Assembly: GCA_965198005.1 (NCBI GenBank)
Contig: CBDAOI010000004.1
Span: forward strand, 1,824,001-1,888,000
Reading direction: 5' to 3'
Source: Spirochaetia bacterium
GTDB taxonomy: Bacteria; Spirochaetota; Spirochaetia; SZUA-6; Bin103
DNA: 64,000 bases
A program made the translations under genes and the position numbers. The notes beneath the pieces were generated by a model that worked only from the letters and a program-made list of their open reading frames with translations, did not search any database and was not told the origin of the DNA. Positions 28,115-38,247 of the stretch are shown here, piece after piece. How positions within the stretch are numbered: position 1 is the first letter of the stretch; each line of letters opens with the position of its first letter.

Positions 28115-30348
28115 GTGCTCACGTGTCGCCGCACGATGGCCAGGATCTCCGGGCCGTAACGCTGCGCCTTGGCGGGCCCGATGCCGTGGGCGAATTCCAG
28201 GTCGGCGACCGTGTTGGGCCGCAGCACGGCGATGTCGCGCAGGGTCCGATCGCTGGCGATGACGTACGGCGGCACCTGCTGGCGGCTGGCCTGGGCGATG
28301 CGAAACGCCCGCAACGCCTCGAACAGCGCGCGGCCGGCGTGATCGAGCTCGCCGGCCGCGGCGGCCAGCGCGGGCGCCGCCATCCGGGCGCGGCCGCCGC
28401 CGGGTGAGGGAGGCCGGGTGCGGGTGAGGCGCGGCAGCAGCAGCCGCGCCGGCCGCCGGGCGTCGATCACCGCCCGTCCCTCCGGCGTGAGCACGGCCAG
28501 CGGCCGGTCGCCGCCCGTGAAGTCCACCCAGCCGGCGGTCACGCACCGCCGCAACAGGCGCAGCAGCCACTCTTCCGGGTAGCGGGCCAGCACGCCGAAG
28601 GTCGGGGTGCCATCGAGACCGGTCCGGCACAGGCGCTCGTCGGGCGCGCCCTTGAGCAGCTTCACCGCGGCCGCCAGGCCGAAGCGGTGGTGCACGCGCG
28701 CCACCCCGCACAGCGCCTTGCGGACCAGGTCGGTGGCGTGCTCGTCGTCGCGCAGCTCGGTCTGGGCGAGCTGCAGGCAGACGTCGCACCGGCCGCAGCC
28801 GGCCAGCGTTTCCTCTTCGTCGCCGAAGTAGCGGAGAATGGCGTCGTGGCGGCAGGCGCCGCCCTCGGCCCAGCGCATCAGTTCCAGGAACATCTGCCAC
28901 TTGTGGCCCACCAGCTCCGGATCGGTTGCGCCGTCGCCGTCGCGCTCGATCAGACGGCGGCGCAGCCCCATGTCTCCCGGCGAGATGAGCAGCAGGCAGA
29001 CGGCGGGCTGGCCGTCGCGGCCGGCGCGTCCCGCTTCCTGGTAGTAGGCCTCCAGCGAGCCGGGCGGCGCGAGGTGCGCCACGCAGCGCACGTCCGGCCG
29101 GTCGATGCCCATGCCGAACGCGTTGGTGGCCACCACCACCTGCAGCCGGCCGGCGCTGAACGCGCCCTGCACCCGGTCCCGGCGGCTGCCGTCCATGCCG
29201 GCGTGGTAGGCCGCCGCGGTCCATCCGCGTCCGCTCAGGCGTCCCGCCTCGGCTTCCGCCTCGCGCCGGGTCGGGGCGTACACGATCGCCGTACCGGAAG
29301 TGCCGGCGGCGCCGGCGGGCCCGGCGGGACCCGCGCCCGCAGCCCCTGGGTCCGCCGAGGCGCCGCAGTCACCGCCCGCGCCGGGGGTCCCCGCGGTCCC
29401 GGCGGCGTAGTCAGCGGCTGCGCTGGCGTTGCCGGCGCCCGCAGCCCCTGCTTCCGCCCGCGCGCCGTAGCCACCGCCGGCGCCGATTCCGTCCGGGCCG
29501 GCCGCCCCCGGCCGGCCGAGCGACTCCATCAGCACCCCGTCGATCCGGCGCGTGCGCTCCGCCTTGCTGGTCACCTCGGCCACGCGCAACGCGAGGTTGG
29601 GGCGCGCGAACCCGTGGATCAGTTGCGGCGTATCCGCCGGTAGCCCGAGCCGTTCCAGGATCTCGTCGCGCACCACGGGCGTGGCGGTGGCGGTGCAGGC
29701 CAGCACGCGCGCCCGCGGCAGGAGCTGCAACAGCTCGTGGAGCTGGAGGTAGTCGGGGCGGAAGTCGTGCCCCCAGGCGCTGATGCAGTGCGCCTCGTCG
29801 ATCGCCACCAATGGACAGGTGACGTGCGCCAGCGTCGACCGCAGCCGGTCCGACGCCAGCCGTTCCGGGGCGACGTAGACCAGCTTGTAGGCGCCCGCGG
29901 TCAGACCGGCGACCCGGCGCCGCACCTCGTCCGGCGGCAGGGTGGCCGCCAGATAGGTGGCCGCGATGCCGCGCGCGGCCAGTGCCGCCACCTGATCGTG
30001 CATCAGGGCGATCAGCGGCGACACCACCACCGTCGTGCCGGGCAGCAGCGTCGCCGGCAGTTGGTAGGTCAGACTCTTGCCGCCGCCGGTGGGCGCCACC
30101 AGCAGCAGCCGTCCGGTCGCCAGCAGGGTGCTGATCGCCGCGCGCTGCCCGGGCCGGAACCGGACCAGTCCCAGCCGCCGCAGCCCGGCCTCCAGCGCCG
30201 CCGCGTCCGCCCCGGCCTCCCCCTGCTCCCGCGGTTCCCGTTGCACGGGCGGCACCGCCACGTCCGCCCCGCCGCCGGTGCTGCCCCCGACCGCCGCCGC
30301 CGCGTCCGCCGCCACGCCCGCCCCGGCAAACAGTTCTCCCTGCGTCAT
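28069..30348 (-). CDS. recQ: RecQ family helicase with RQC and HRDC domains
   Basis: PTGGGKS, DEAHCISAWGHDFRP, YYQEAGRAGRDG, Zn cysteines, HRDC (VPPYVIASD); start uncertain. Confidence 0.9.
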   Translation of the reverse strand: MTQGELFAGAGVAADAAAAVGGSTGGGADVAVPPVQREPREQGEAGADAAALEAGLRRLGLVRFRPGQRAAISTLLATGRLLLVAPTGGGKSLTYQLPATLLPGTTVVVSPLIALMHDQVAALAARGIAATYLAATLPPDEVRRRVAGLTAGAYKLVYVAPERLASDRLRSTLAHVTCPLVAIDEAHCISAWGHDFRPDYLQLHELLQLLPRARVLACTATATPVVRDEILERLGLPADTPQLIHGFARPNLALRVAEVTSKAERTRRIDGVLMESLGRPGAAGPDGIGAGGGYGARAEAGAAGAGNASAAADYAAGTAGTPGAGGDCGASADPGAAGAGPAGPAGAAGTSGTAIVYAPTRREAEAEAGRLSGRGWTAAAYHAGMDGSRRDRVQGAFSAGRLQVVVATNAFGMGIDRPDVRCVAHLAPPGSLEAYYQEAGRAGRDGQPAVCLLLISPGDMGLRRRLIERDGDGATDPELVGHKWQMFLELMRWAEGGACRHDAILRYFGDEEETLAGCGRCDVCLQLAQTELRDDEHATDLVRKALCGVARVHHRFGLAAAVKLLKGAPDERLCRTGLDGTPTFGVLARYPEEWLLRLLRRCVTAGWVDFTGGDRPLAVLTPEGRAVIDARRPARLLLPRLTRTRPPSPGGGRARMAAPALAAAAGELDHAGRALFEALRAFRIAQASRQQVPPYVIASDRTLRDIAVLRPNTVADLEFAHGIGPAKAQRYGPEILAIVRRHVSTHSAAEHPSAAVNPA

Positions 30349-30513
30349 CCGCCGCCCCTTCCCGTTCCCGTGCACGCTCACGCCCGTGCCCAGCATATCA
30401 CCATGTCGCATTTCGCTACCCACTACGGCGCGATGTGCGATGGCGCTTGCCCAACGGTAGAGTTCATGCTGATCGTATCATCGTACGCCGTTGTTTCAAG
30501 GGGTGGCACTAAA

Positions 30514-30891
30514 TCAATCGCGTCTCTGATCGAACAACAGGTAGACCGCGAAGTCTCGTTTGTCGCTTGGCCGTGATCCGTTGAATTTCGTCATCGCTAT
30601 CCGAATACCCTTCGGGTACTTACTGATTTCCTTGGCATTCTTACAGCGGTCTCTGGCCTTTCTATGGCCCATCGCTCGATAAACCTGGATCCACGCTCGT
30701 TCGCTATACCCGCTGGTTCCCGGTCTACCGACGATCATGTCGGCATTGGATGCTGTGATGCAGTGGAACACGGCATAGTAGATCGTGCTTATTGCTCTCC
30801 GTAGATCGGTCCCCAACGGCCTCCCAGGTCCGGAGTGGTTCAGCAATCTATCGGATGTTGTGAGGAGATCAGACGGATTGACTGCTGGCAT
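30514..30891 (-). CDS. HEPN-like protein, apparently internally deleted
   Basis: DLRRAISTIYYAVFH HEPN N-terminal motif; no R-x4-6-H segment seen. Confidence 0.6.
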   Translation of the reverse strand: MPAVNPSDLLTTSDRLLNHSGPGRPLGTDLRRAISTIYYAVFHCITASNADMIVGRPGTSGYSERAWIQVYRAMGHRKARDRCKNAKEISKYPKGIRIAMTKFNGSRPSDKRDFAVYLLFDQRRD

Positions 30892-31186
30892 TCAACTCCG
30901 TCCACTCCGTTCTTTCCATGAATAACGGGACGGGAAACTCCTCCACCCCGATATCAACGAGCTTCTCGCGGAGCTCTGTGAGCCATCCGACTGTCCATTC
31001 CTCATCGAACTCGTCCAGGCTGCCGTCGACCACAATCAATATGTAAAGGAACCGGTCTTCGTCGTCGTACTGGTCTCTGTTCGCCTCGATAGGATCGAGG
31101 GTCACTTTCCCCTTGAAATGATCTTCCAGACCATCCCGTACGATGTTCTCAATCTTGCCCAGCACCTCATCTCGCACGTCGGCCAT
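30869..31186 (-). CDS. Small acidic MNT-like partner of the HEPN protein
   Basis: 105 aa, DQYDDEDRFLYILIVVD; RBS GAGGAGG; overlaps the HEPN gene. Confidence 0.55.
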   Translation of the reverse strand: MADVRDEVLGKIENIVRDGLEDHFKGKVTLDPIEANRDQYDDEDRFLYILIVVDGSLDEFDEEWTVGWLTELREKLVDIGVEEFPVPLFMERTEWTELNASSQSV

Positions 31187-31324
31187 GTACTCGCCTCCTC
31201 AGCGGGACGCTGCTTCCTGGTGACACGGTTGCCACGACAAACCTGATCGTAGCGCTGGTTTTCCGATATGGTCAACATTACCGGTCTCGCGACCGAGACA
31301 TTGCAGCCTGCTATACTGGAGCCG

Positions 31325-32113
31325 GTGAAGAACATGCAGCACGTTCGGAATAGCCGGCCGGCGGCGGTGTGGTGGGGGGTGCTGGCGGTGGCGGCGCTGG
31401 TGCCGGTTGCGGCGCCGGCGCCGGCCGCGTACGCGGGCGAGGTGCAGGTCGCGGTGGCGGCCAACTTCGCCGCGGCCGCGGGCGAGCTGGGACCGCGGTT
31501 CGAGCAGGCTGCCGGTCACCGCGCGCGGTTCAGCTTCGGCTCAACCGGCCGGTTGTACGCGCAGATCACCCAGGGCGCGCCGTACGAGGTGTTTCTGGCC
31601 GCGGACCGGGTGCATCCGCAGCGCGCCGTGGCCGCCGGCTACGCGGTGCCGGACACGACCTTCACCTACGCCACCGGCCGGCTGGTGCTGTTCAGCGCGG
31701 ACCGCGCGCTGGTGACCGGCCGCGGAACCCTGACCGGCACCGACTACACGCGGCTGGCGATACCCAATCCCAGGCTCGCGCCGTACGGCAGCGCCGCGGT
31801 GGCCGCGCTGCGGGCGCTCGGCGTGTACGACCAGGTGCAGCCGCGGCTGGTGTTCGGCAACAACGTGGCGCAGGCGTATCAGTTCGTGATCAGCGGCAAC
31901 GCCGAGCTCGGTCTGGTGGCGCTGGCGCAGGTGGCCACCCACGCCGGCGGGTCGCGCTGGCTGGTTCCCGCCGAGCTGCACCCGGCGCTGGAGCAGGACG
32001 CGGTGCTGCTGCAGCCGGGCGCCGGCAATCCCGCCGCGCGCGCCTTCCTCGACTTCCTGCGCACGCCGGCCGCACGCGCGGTGATCGCCCGCTACGGATA
32101 CGGCGCCCGATGA
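31325..32113 (+). CDS. modA: Molybdate ABC transporter substrate-binding protein
   Basis: AVAANF, GSTG, APYG; GTG 31325 lies 7 nt after TGCTATACT. Confidence 0.92.
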   Translation: MKNMQHVRNSRPAAVWWGVLAVAALVPVAAPAPAAYAGEVQVAVAANFAAAAGELGPRFEQAAGHRARFSFGSTGRLYAQITQGAPYEVFLAADRVHPQRAVAAGYAVPDTTFTYATGRLVLFSADRALVTGRGTLTGTDYTRLAIPNPRLAPYGSAAVAALRALGVYDQVQPRLVFGNNVAQAYQFVISGNAELGLVALAQVATHAGGSRWLVPAELHPALEQDAVLLQPGAGNPAARAFLDFLRTPAARAVIARYGYGAR

Positions 32114-32134
32114 CGGGCCGGCGCGGACCGGCCG

Positions 32135-32821
32135 GTGGCTGACCTGCCGGCGCTGTGGCCGCCGATCTGGCTCACCCTGCGCCTGGCGGTGGTGTCCACC
32201 GCGGTGCTGCTGGTGGTGAGCACGCCGGTCGCCTGGTGGCTGGCGCGTTCGCCGGCCCGGTGGAAGGAGGCGGTGGGCGCGGTGGTGGCGCTGCCGCTGG
32301 TGCTGCCGCCCACGGTGCTCGGCTTCTACCTGCTGGTGGCGCTGGGACCGAACGGCCCCGGCGGCTGGATCGCGGGTCTGTTCGGCGGCCGCTCGCTGGC
32401 GTTCACCTTCACCGGGCTGGTGGCGGGCTCGGTGGTCTATTCCCTGCCGTTTGTGGTGCAGCCGATTCGCAACGCGTTCGAGGCGTTCGGGGACCGCCCG
32501 CTGGACGTCGCGGCCACCCTGCGCGCCACGCCGTGGGACGCGTTCTGGAGCGTGGCGGTGCCGCTGGCGCGCCCCGGCTTCGTGAGCGGCGCGGTGCTGG
32601 GCTTCGCGCACACGGTCGGGGAGTTCGGCGTGGTGCTGATGATCGGCGGCAACATACCCGGCAGGACGCGCGTGCTGTCGGTGGCCGTGTTCGAGTACGT
32701 CGAGACCCTGCAGTGGCAGGCCGCGCACCTGCTGGCCGGCGGCATGCTGGCGTTCGCGTTCCTGGTGATCCTGGCGATGCTGCTGCTGGAGCGGCGCAGC
32801 TCCCGGCGGGCGCTGCGATGA
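32135..32821 (+). CDS. modB: Molybdate ABC transporter permease
   Basis: [28 protein letters not shown]. Confidence 0.93.
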   Translation: MADLPALWPPIWLTLRLAVVSTAVLLVVSTPVAWWLARSPARWKEAVGAVVALPLVLPPTVLGFYLLVALGPNGPGGWIAGLFGGRSLAFTFTGLVAGSVVYSLPFVVQPIRNAFEAFGDRPLDVAATLRATPWDAFWSVAVPLARPGFVSGAVLGFAHTVGEFGVVLMIGGNIPGRTRVLSVAVFEYVETLQWQAAHLLAGGMLAFAFLVILAMLLLERRSSRRALR

Positions 32822-33990
32822 GCGGGGCTGCGATGACCGGAGGCGTGCCGGCGCCGCCGCCGCTGGACGCAGGCCCGATGCTGGAGGCCGCCCTGGCCGG
32901 CACCCTCGGCAGCTTCCGCCTGCAGGCATCGTTTCGGGTGCCGATGCACGGTGTCACCGCGCTGTTCGGCCCTTCCGGGTGCGGCAAGACCACCATCCTG
33001 CGCTGCATCGCCGGCCTGCAGCACCTGCCGGGCCGGCTGCAGGTGGGCGGCGCGCTGTGGCAGGACCACGCCCGCGGCGTGTTCGTGCAACCGCACCGGC
33101 GCGCGGTGGGATACGTGTTTCAGGAGCCGAGCCTGTTCCCGCATCTTTCGGTGCGCGGCAACCTGTTGTACGGCGCGCGCCGCGCCGGCGGGCTCGGCAA
33201 CGGGCTCGACTTCGACGCTGCGGTGGACCTGCTCGGCCTGCGCGCCCTGCTCGAGCGCATGCCGGCGGCGCTGTCGGGCGGCGAGCGGCAGCGGGTGGCG
33301 GTGGGCCGGGCGCTGCTGGCGCGGCCCCGTCTGCTGCTGATGGACGAGCCGCTCTCCGCCCTCGATCAGCCCGCCCGCGAAGAGATCCTGACCTGTTTCG
33401 AGACCGTGCACCGGGAGCTGTCGGTGCCGATCGTCTACGTCAGCCACGACCTCGCGGAGGTGGCCCGGTTGGCCGATCACCTGGTGGTGTTGGCGGCTGG
33501 GAGCACGGTCGCGGCCGGACCACTGCGGGAGCTGCTGGAGCGGCTCGATCTACAGCCCGCCGCCGGACTGGTCGCCGCCGAGGTGGTGCTGGACGCCACC
33601 GTCGCCGCGCACGACCGGCGCTACCACCTGACCCGCCTCGACCATCACGGCCAGACCATTACCGTGCCGCTGGTCGAGCTGACCGTGGGCGACGGGGTGC
33701 GGGTCCGCATCAAGGCGCGCGACGTGGCCCTGACCACGCGCCGGCCGCGGGCGATCAGCATTCGCAACGTGTTGGCCGGCACCGTGACCGAGCTGCGCGC
33801 CGAGCCCGGCACCGCCTACGCCGAGGCGCTGGTGGACATCGGCGGCGGGCGGCTGCGGGCGCAGATCACCCGCGCCGCGGCCGACGAGCTGAAACTGAGA
33901 ATCGGGACGCCGGTGTTCGCGCTGATCAAGAGCGTCTCCCTGGACCGACGGGCCACGGGACAAGTTCAGTTCAAGGGATATGACGAATGA
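32818..33990 (+). CDS. modC: Molybdate ABC transporter ATP-binding protein
   Basis: [17 protein letters not shown]-terminal TOBE (SIRN, ALIKSV); ATGA overlap with modB. Confidence 0.92.
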   Translation: MSGAAMTGGVPAPPPLDAGPMLEAALAGTLGSFRLQASFRVPMHGVTALFGPSGCGKTTILRCIAGLQHLPGRLQVGGALWQDHARGVFVQPHRRAVGYVFQEPSLFPHLSVRGNLLYGARRAGGLGNGLDFDAAVDLLGLRALLERMPAALSGGERQRVAVGRALLARPRLLLMDEPLSALDQPAREEILTCFETVHRELSVPIVYVSHDLAEVARLADHLVVLAAGSTVAAGPLRELLERLDLQPAAGLVAAEVVLDATVAAHDRRYHLTRLDHHGQTITVPLVELTVGDGVRVRIKARDVALTTRRPRAISIRNVLAGTVTELRAEPGTAYAEALVDIGGGRLRAQITRAAADELKLRIGTPVFALIKSVSLDRRATGQVQFKGYDE

Positions 33991-34017
33991 GGATCACTTA
34001 GGATCACCGATGAGGGG

Positions 34018-34113
34018 TCACCACTCGGTCAGCAGAAACTCGCGGATGTGAACGTGGTGGATGCCCTTCTGCCCTGCTCCGATGACGGGATCCATCGAGA
34101 CCACGAACTTCGG
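34018..34113 (-). pseudogene. C-terminal remnant of an AAA_14/DUF4143-type ATPase
   Basis: Manual translation PKFVVSMDPVIGAGQKGIHHVHIREFLLTEW*. Confidence 0.5.
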
Positions 34114-34260
34114 GACGAGCACGACGTGCACGACGTGCTGATTCCGACGGGCAGGGAACAACGCCACCGCCCTTCGCACCAATCCCGTTCATCCTGAAAC
34201 TCCCGTCAGAGGTCCTCCTGAGTAGTTACCGAATATGACCTTAAATCACCCTTCTCCCCC

Positions 34261-35228
34261 TTGTCTTTCATGATAGGTAGGCTGGCTAAAAGCTGGGAAA
34301 CGCCTGACGATACAACGATTATCTTCAACATCCGGCAGGGCGTTCACTGGCATAATAAGGCGCCGATGAACGGTCGGGAGCTAACCGCCGATGATGTCGA
34401 GTACAACTTCCACCGCATGACGGGTATGGGCAAGTTTGCCGACGCCGGACCCGTCCCGTTTGGTGGCGCAGCCAATCTCGTCTCCATACCATGGGAATCG
34501 ATAACGGCCACCGACAAATATACGGTTGTTATACATAATGCCTCCCGAAGTGATCGAGCAACTACCGGACCCTGGATGCTGGCTGACATAGTCGATGGGA
34601 GCTCTATAACCTATTCCAAGAATCCTGACTACTGGGGCTACGACGAAAAATACCCGCAGAACCGCTTGCCCTATGCCGACGATCTCAGGTGGCTGATTTT
34701 TCCAGAGTCAACAACAGCTGTGGCAGCACTACGCTCAGGCAAGCTTGATTTCAGTCGGTTTGTTTCTACTCTCGACTCGGTACTGAGTCTGGAGCGGACC
34801 AACCCGGAAATCGCGGCCCACGCGATTTGGTTTCGGTCGGATGTCGCTCTTGCTACTGACGTGCGCAAGCCGCCCTTCGATGACATCCGCGTGCGCAGGG
34901 CGATGCAGATGGCACTGGAGGTTGGTATCGCTCGGATGCACAGTGGAACCGCCCCGGATCCCAGTGGCCTGAGTTGGACGCCATGGTTGACGCCGCCCTA
35001 GCCGCTACCACCATGGAGGAGCAGGAGAGGCTGATTGCAGAGGCAGACATGTACGCTATAGAGAATCACTGGCAGATATGGGGTCCCAAGAGTCCATTCT
35101 TTATCTTGGCCCAGCCGTGGCTCGTAGGCTATGACGGTGAATCAGACGAAACCTTCGGAGACTATGTGCAAACTTTGTTTGCCCGCCTCTGGATTGACAG
35201 TGAGCTGAAGAAAGCAATGGGTCATTAG
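34261..35228 (+). pseudogene. Degraded peptide ABC substrate-binding gene (paralog of 46147-47939)
   Basis: Shares NIRQGVHW...MNGRELTA.DVEYNFHRM, PPF.DIRVRRAMQMAL and LWID.E.K.AMGH; 5' end missing, two internal deletions, one frame change. Confidence 0.85.
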
Positions 35229-35327
35229 TGCCTGCTCTCGGGGATAACTGAAGCGTCTAACGGAGCTGGGGGGCTCAAACCCCCCGGGTTTCGGAGTATA
35301 TACCGCGATGGCAGGAAGTAGTGTGAT

Positions 35328-35786
35328 ATGAGGGCCTATATCATCAGGCGGTTATTGCTGATGATCCCCATTTTGTTCATATTGAGCATTCTGGTATTTT
35401 TTTCGGTTCGCTTCATACCCGGCGATGTCATAAACACAATGTTGGGTAAGGGGGAATTCTATGGTGAGGTGAAACGTGAAGCTCTTGAGCGTATGCTGGG
35501 ATTGGACGTGCCTGTGCATGTGCAGTATGGACGCTGGATAGGAGTGTTGCCGACCCCTGACTGGGTTACCGGTGAGTCCCACTTCAAAGGTCTCCTCCAG
35601 GGCAGCCTTGGCCACTCACTACTTGGCAGCCGGGAGGCGGTGGAGGAGAAGATAGTAGATAGACTGCCAGTGACCATTGAGCTTGGTGTCCTGGCAATGG
35701 TGATTGGTCTGGTGATAGCGGTGCCAGTCGGCATCTACTCGGCGATTCGCCAGGATACAGCCACCGACTACGCTGCGCGTACTCTT
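35328..35786 (+). pseudogene. 3'-truncated peptide ABC permease (DppB-like)
   Basis: MRAYIIRRLL...AIRQDTATDYAAR, then similarity to the paralog at 48164 stops. Confidence 0.85.
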
Positions 35787-35975
35787 GAGTGTCCCCAAGG
35801 GCACGCCGATAGTTCTGGCGAAGGCGGGTTGTGACAGCCCCGTCTTGCCGCGGATGGAGCAGACATCGGGCTCGGGCACCTCAATGTCGTGCATTCCGAA
35901 CCCGTCTCGCTCGCCATTCAAATAGGCGTGTGCATCCTCAAGCCCGGCCATAACTCTATTGAATGCCGTGCTCAT
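35784..35975 (-). pseudogene. 3'-truncated HigA/XRE antitoxin
   Basis: MSTAFNRVMAGLEDA...IRGKTGLSQPAFARTIGVPLGTLK, cut before the usual WEQGRR; RBS AGGAGG. Confidence 0.75.
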
Positions 35976-36195
35976 TTGCGCCTCCTGTAATCCCTCTACG
36001 ACAGAACCCCCTTGGCCGCCGCAAGATATGCGGGAGTCTCAACGACGGTCCGGAACGCCCCGTGCATTGTGCGAGTATAGGCGCCCCTGGCGCCGGCGTC
36101 AACGGCGCGAGAACACGCTGCCGGTGTGCTCGGGGTGTCGCCAGGTCACCGGCACGCCGTTTCCGCGACGCGGGCGACGCGACGCGACGCGAACG

Positions 36196-36224
36196 TTGAA
36201 CAGGTACCGGATTCGCACTACGAT
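36196..36224 (+). promoter_or_regulatory. sigma70 promoter for malate synthase (leaderless geometry)
   Basis: TTGAAC-N17-TACGAT, with ATG 6 nt downstream. Confidence 0.6.
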
Positions 36225-36230
36225 GCCTGC

Positions 36231-38126
36231 ATGACCGACGCTACGCCCACGCTGGAAATCCGCGATCACCTCGACCGGGAATACGACGACGTCTATACGC
36301 CGGCGGTGCTGGACGCGCTGCACGCCCTGGCCGGCTTCAACCGGCGCCGCCGCGCGCTCATGCGTGAGCGGATCGAACGCCGCGCCCGGCGCGCGCGGGA
36401 GGGACGCCGGATCGACTTCCCGGATCCTGCCGAGACCATCCCGGGCACCGCCATCGCGGTGCGGGCGGCGCGCGCCGGCGCGTTCAGCGGCAGCGAGATC
36501 CCGCACGACCTGCAGCGGCAGTGGATTCAGGGCACCGGCCCCGGCGCCAAGCCCAACGCCCCGCTGGCGCGCAGCATCCGCAACGTGGCCTACGCGCTGC
36601 TCTCCGGCGCCGACGGCTGGATGTTCGACGGTGAGGACGCGCTCGGCCAGATCACCACGATGTCGCTGGACAACCAGCGCAATCTGCGGCTGGCCATCGC
36701 CGGCGACCCGCAGTTTCACGCCGCGGCCGAGCAGGTGGCGGGGGAGATGAACCGGTGGGCGGAGCAGTTCTTCGGCCGCGCGATCGTCACCGACTGGCGG
36801 CGGCAGCTCGGCTTCACCACCAGGATCTTCCGTGCGCGCGGGCTCCATCTCGACGACCGGCACGTGCGCGCGGCGGGCGGAGCCGGGTTCTCGGCCGCGA
36901 TCGTGGACGCCGCGATGTACGTGGTGCACAACCAGGAGCGGCTGCGGGAGCAGGGTTCGTCGGTGGTGCTGTACCTGCCGAAGATCCAGACCGCCGGCGA
37001 GGCGGCGCTCTGGAACGACCTGCTGAGCGCCCTGGAGAGCCACCTCGGGCTGAGCACCGGCACCGTCAAGACCTACGTGCTGGTCGAGCAGCTCGAGGCT
37101 TCCTATCAACTGATGGAGATCCGCGCGGCCCTGGGCCGCCACTTCGTCGGCTACAACACCGGCCGCTGGGACTACATCAACAGCGTGGCCGACGCCATGG
37201 CCTGGGACCGGGCGTTCGTCAATCCCAACATCGACGCGATCGCAATGACCTACGGCTACATGCGCAACTACGAGGACCGCGTGCGGCGCGCGGTCAACAC
37301 GCCGGACCGGAACCGCAACTACGCCCTCTGGCAGGGCGGCATGGAGCCCAACATCCCGGTCGGCTCGCCGGCGGGGGTGGAGGCGTCGATGCGCAAGGCG
37401 GTGGCCGCCGCCGAGCGCGAGCAGCGCGCGGGCGCCAGCGGCAAGTGGGTGGCGCACTGGAAGATGGTCCACATCGTGCGCCCCGTGTGGGAACGGACCG
37501 GTGAGGTCAATCAGCTCGGCCGTGAGTTTCCGCCGCTCACCTACACCGAGGACGACTCGCGCGCGCTGACCGAGTTGGAGGACGCGCCGCGCACGGTCCG
37601 GGGCGCGCGCGACCTGCTCAGCGTCGCGCTGCAGTACGGCAACGCGTTCGGCCAGGGCATGCAGGCCGCGGCCCTCAAGCCGGCGGACTCGTTCGGCGAC
37701 GACGACGTGCTGTACCTCATGGAGGACATGGCCACCGGCGAGATCCGCCTCAGCATCCTCTGGGAGTGGATCCACAAGGGCGCCACCCTGACCGCGGACG
37801 ATCCGGAACTCGGCCTGGCGGCGGGCGAGCGGTTCACGCGCGCCACGTTCGAACGGCTGCTGGCCGAGGAGTACGACAAGCTGCAGGCGGCGGACGACCG
37901 CGACGTGCACGACGATTCCAAGCGCACCACGCTCCCGATCGCGCACGCGATCGCGGACGCCTACGTGCTCGACGGCACCAAGGCGCCGTGGTACGTCGAC
38001 CTGCTCAACCTCAACCTCAACAACGCCGACCTCGACGAGGCGCACCGCCGCATCCGCAGCTACCTCGACGCATTCCGCCGCGACGGCACCCGGATCACCG
38101 AAAACCTCGACTTCACCGTGGGGTAG
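36231..38126 (+). CDS. aceB: Malate synthase
   Basis: MFDGED, YLPKI, YVLVEQ, NTGRWDYI, KWVAH, LMEDMATGEI. Confidence 0.88.
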   Translation: MTDATPTLEIRDHLDREYDDVYTPAVLDALHALAGFNRRRRALMRERIERRARRAREGRRIDFPDPAETIPGTAIAVRAARAGAFSGSEIPHDLQRQWIQGTGPGAKPNAPLARSIRNVAYALLSGADGWMFDGEDALGQITTMSLDNQRNLRLAIAGDPQFHAAAEQVAGEMNRWAEQFFGRAIVTDWRRQLGFTTRIFRARGLHLDDRHVRAAGGAGFSAAIVDAAMYVVHNQERLREQGSSVVLYLPKIQTAGEAALWNDLLSALESHLGLSTGTVKTYVLVEQLEASYQLMEIRAALGRHFVGYNTGRWDYINSVADAMAWDRAFVNPNIDAIAMTYGYMRNYEDRVRRAVNTPDRNRNYALWQGGMEPNIPVGSPAGVEASMRKAVAAAEREQRAGASGKWVAHWKMVHIVRPVWERTGEVNQLGREFPPLTYTEDDSRALTELEDAPRTVRGARDLLSVALQYGNAFGQGMQAAALKPADSFGDDDVLYLMEDMATGEIRLSILWEWIHKGATLTADDPELGLAAGERFTRATFERLLAEEYDKLQAADDRDVHDDSKRTTLPIAHAIADAYVLDGTKAPWYVDLLNLNLNNADLDEAHRRIRSYLDAFRRDGTRITENLDFTVG

Positions 38127-38247
38127 GACTCGGCGCAGCGTACGGCGACTGCCTACGGATTGGGACGGCTGACTCCGCCGCCGGAAGCATCGCTACTTGA
38201 CCGCGGATGGAAGGGGTAGGTGCGCCGCAGGGGCAGCAACGATCGTG

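Noticed and set aside
31284-31299. Inverted repeat GTCTCG-CGAC-CGAGAC upstream of modA as a ModE box
   Set aside because: It does not resemble the AT-rich ModE consensus and is too short to call
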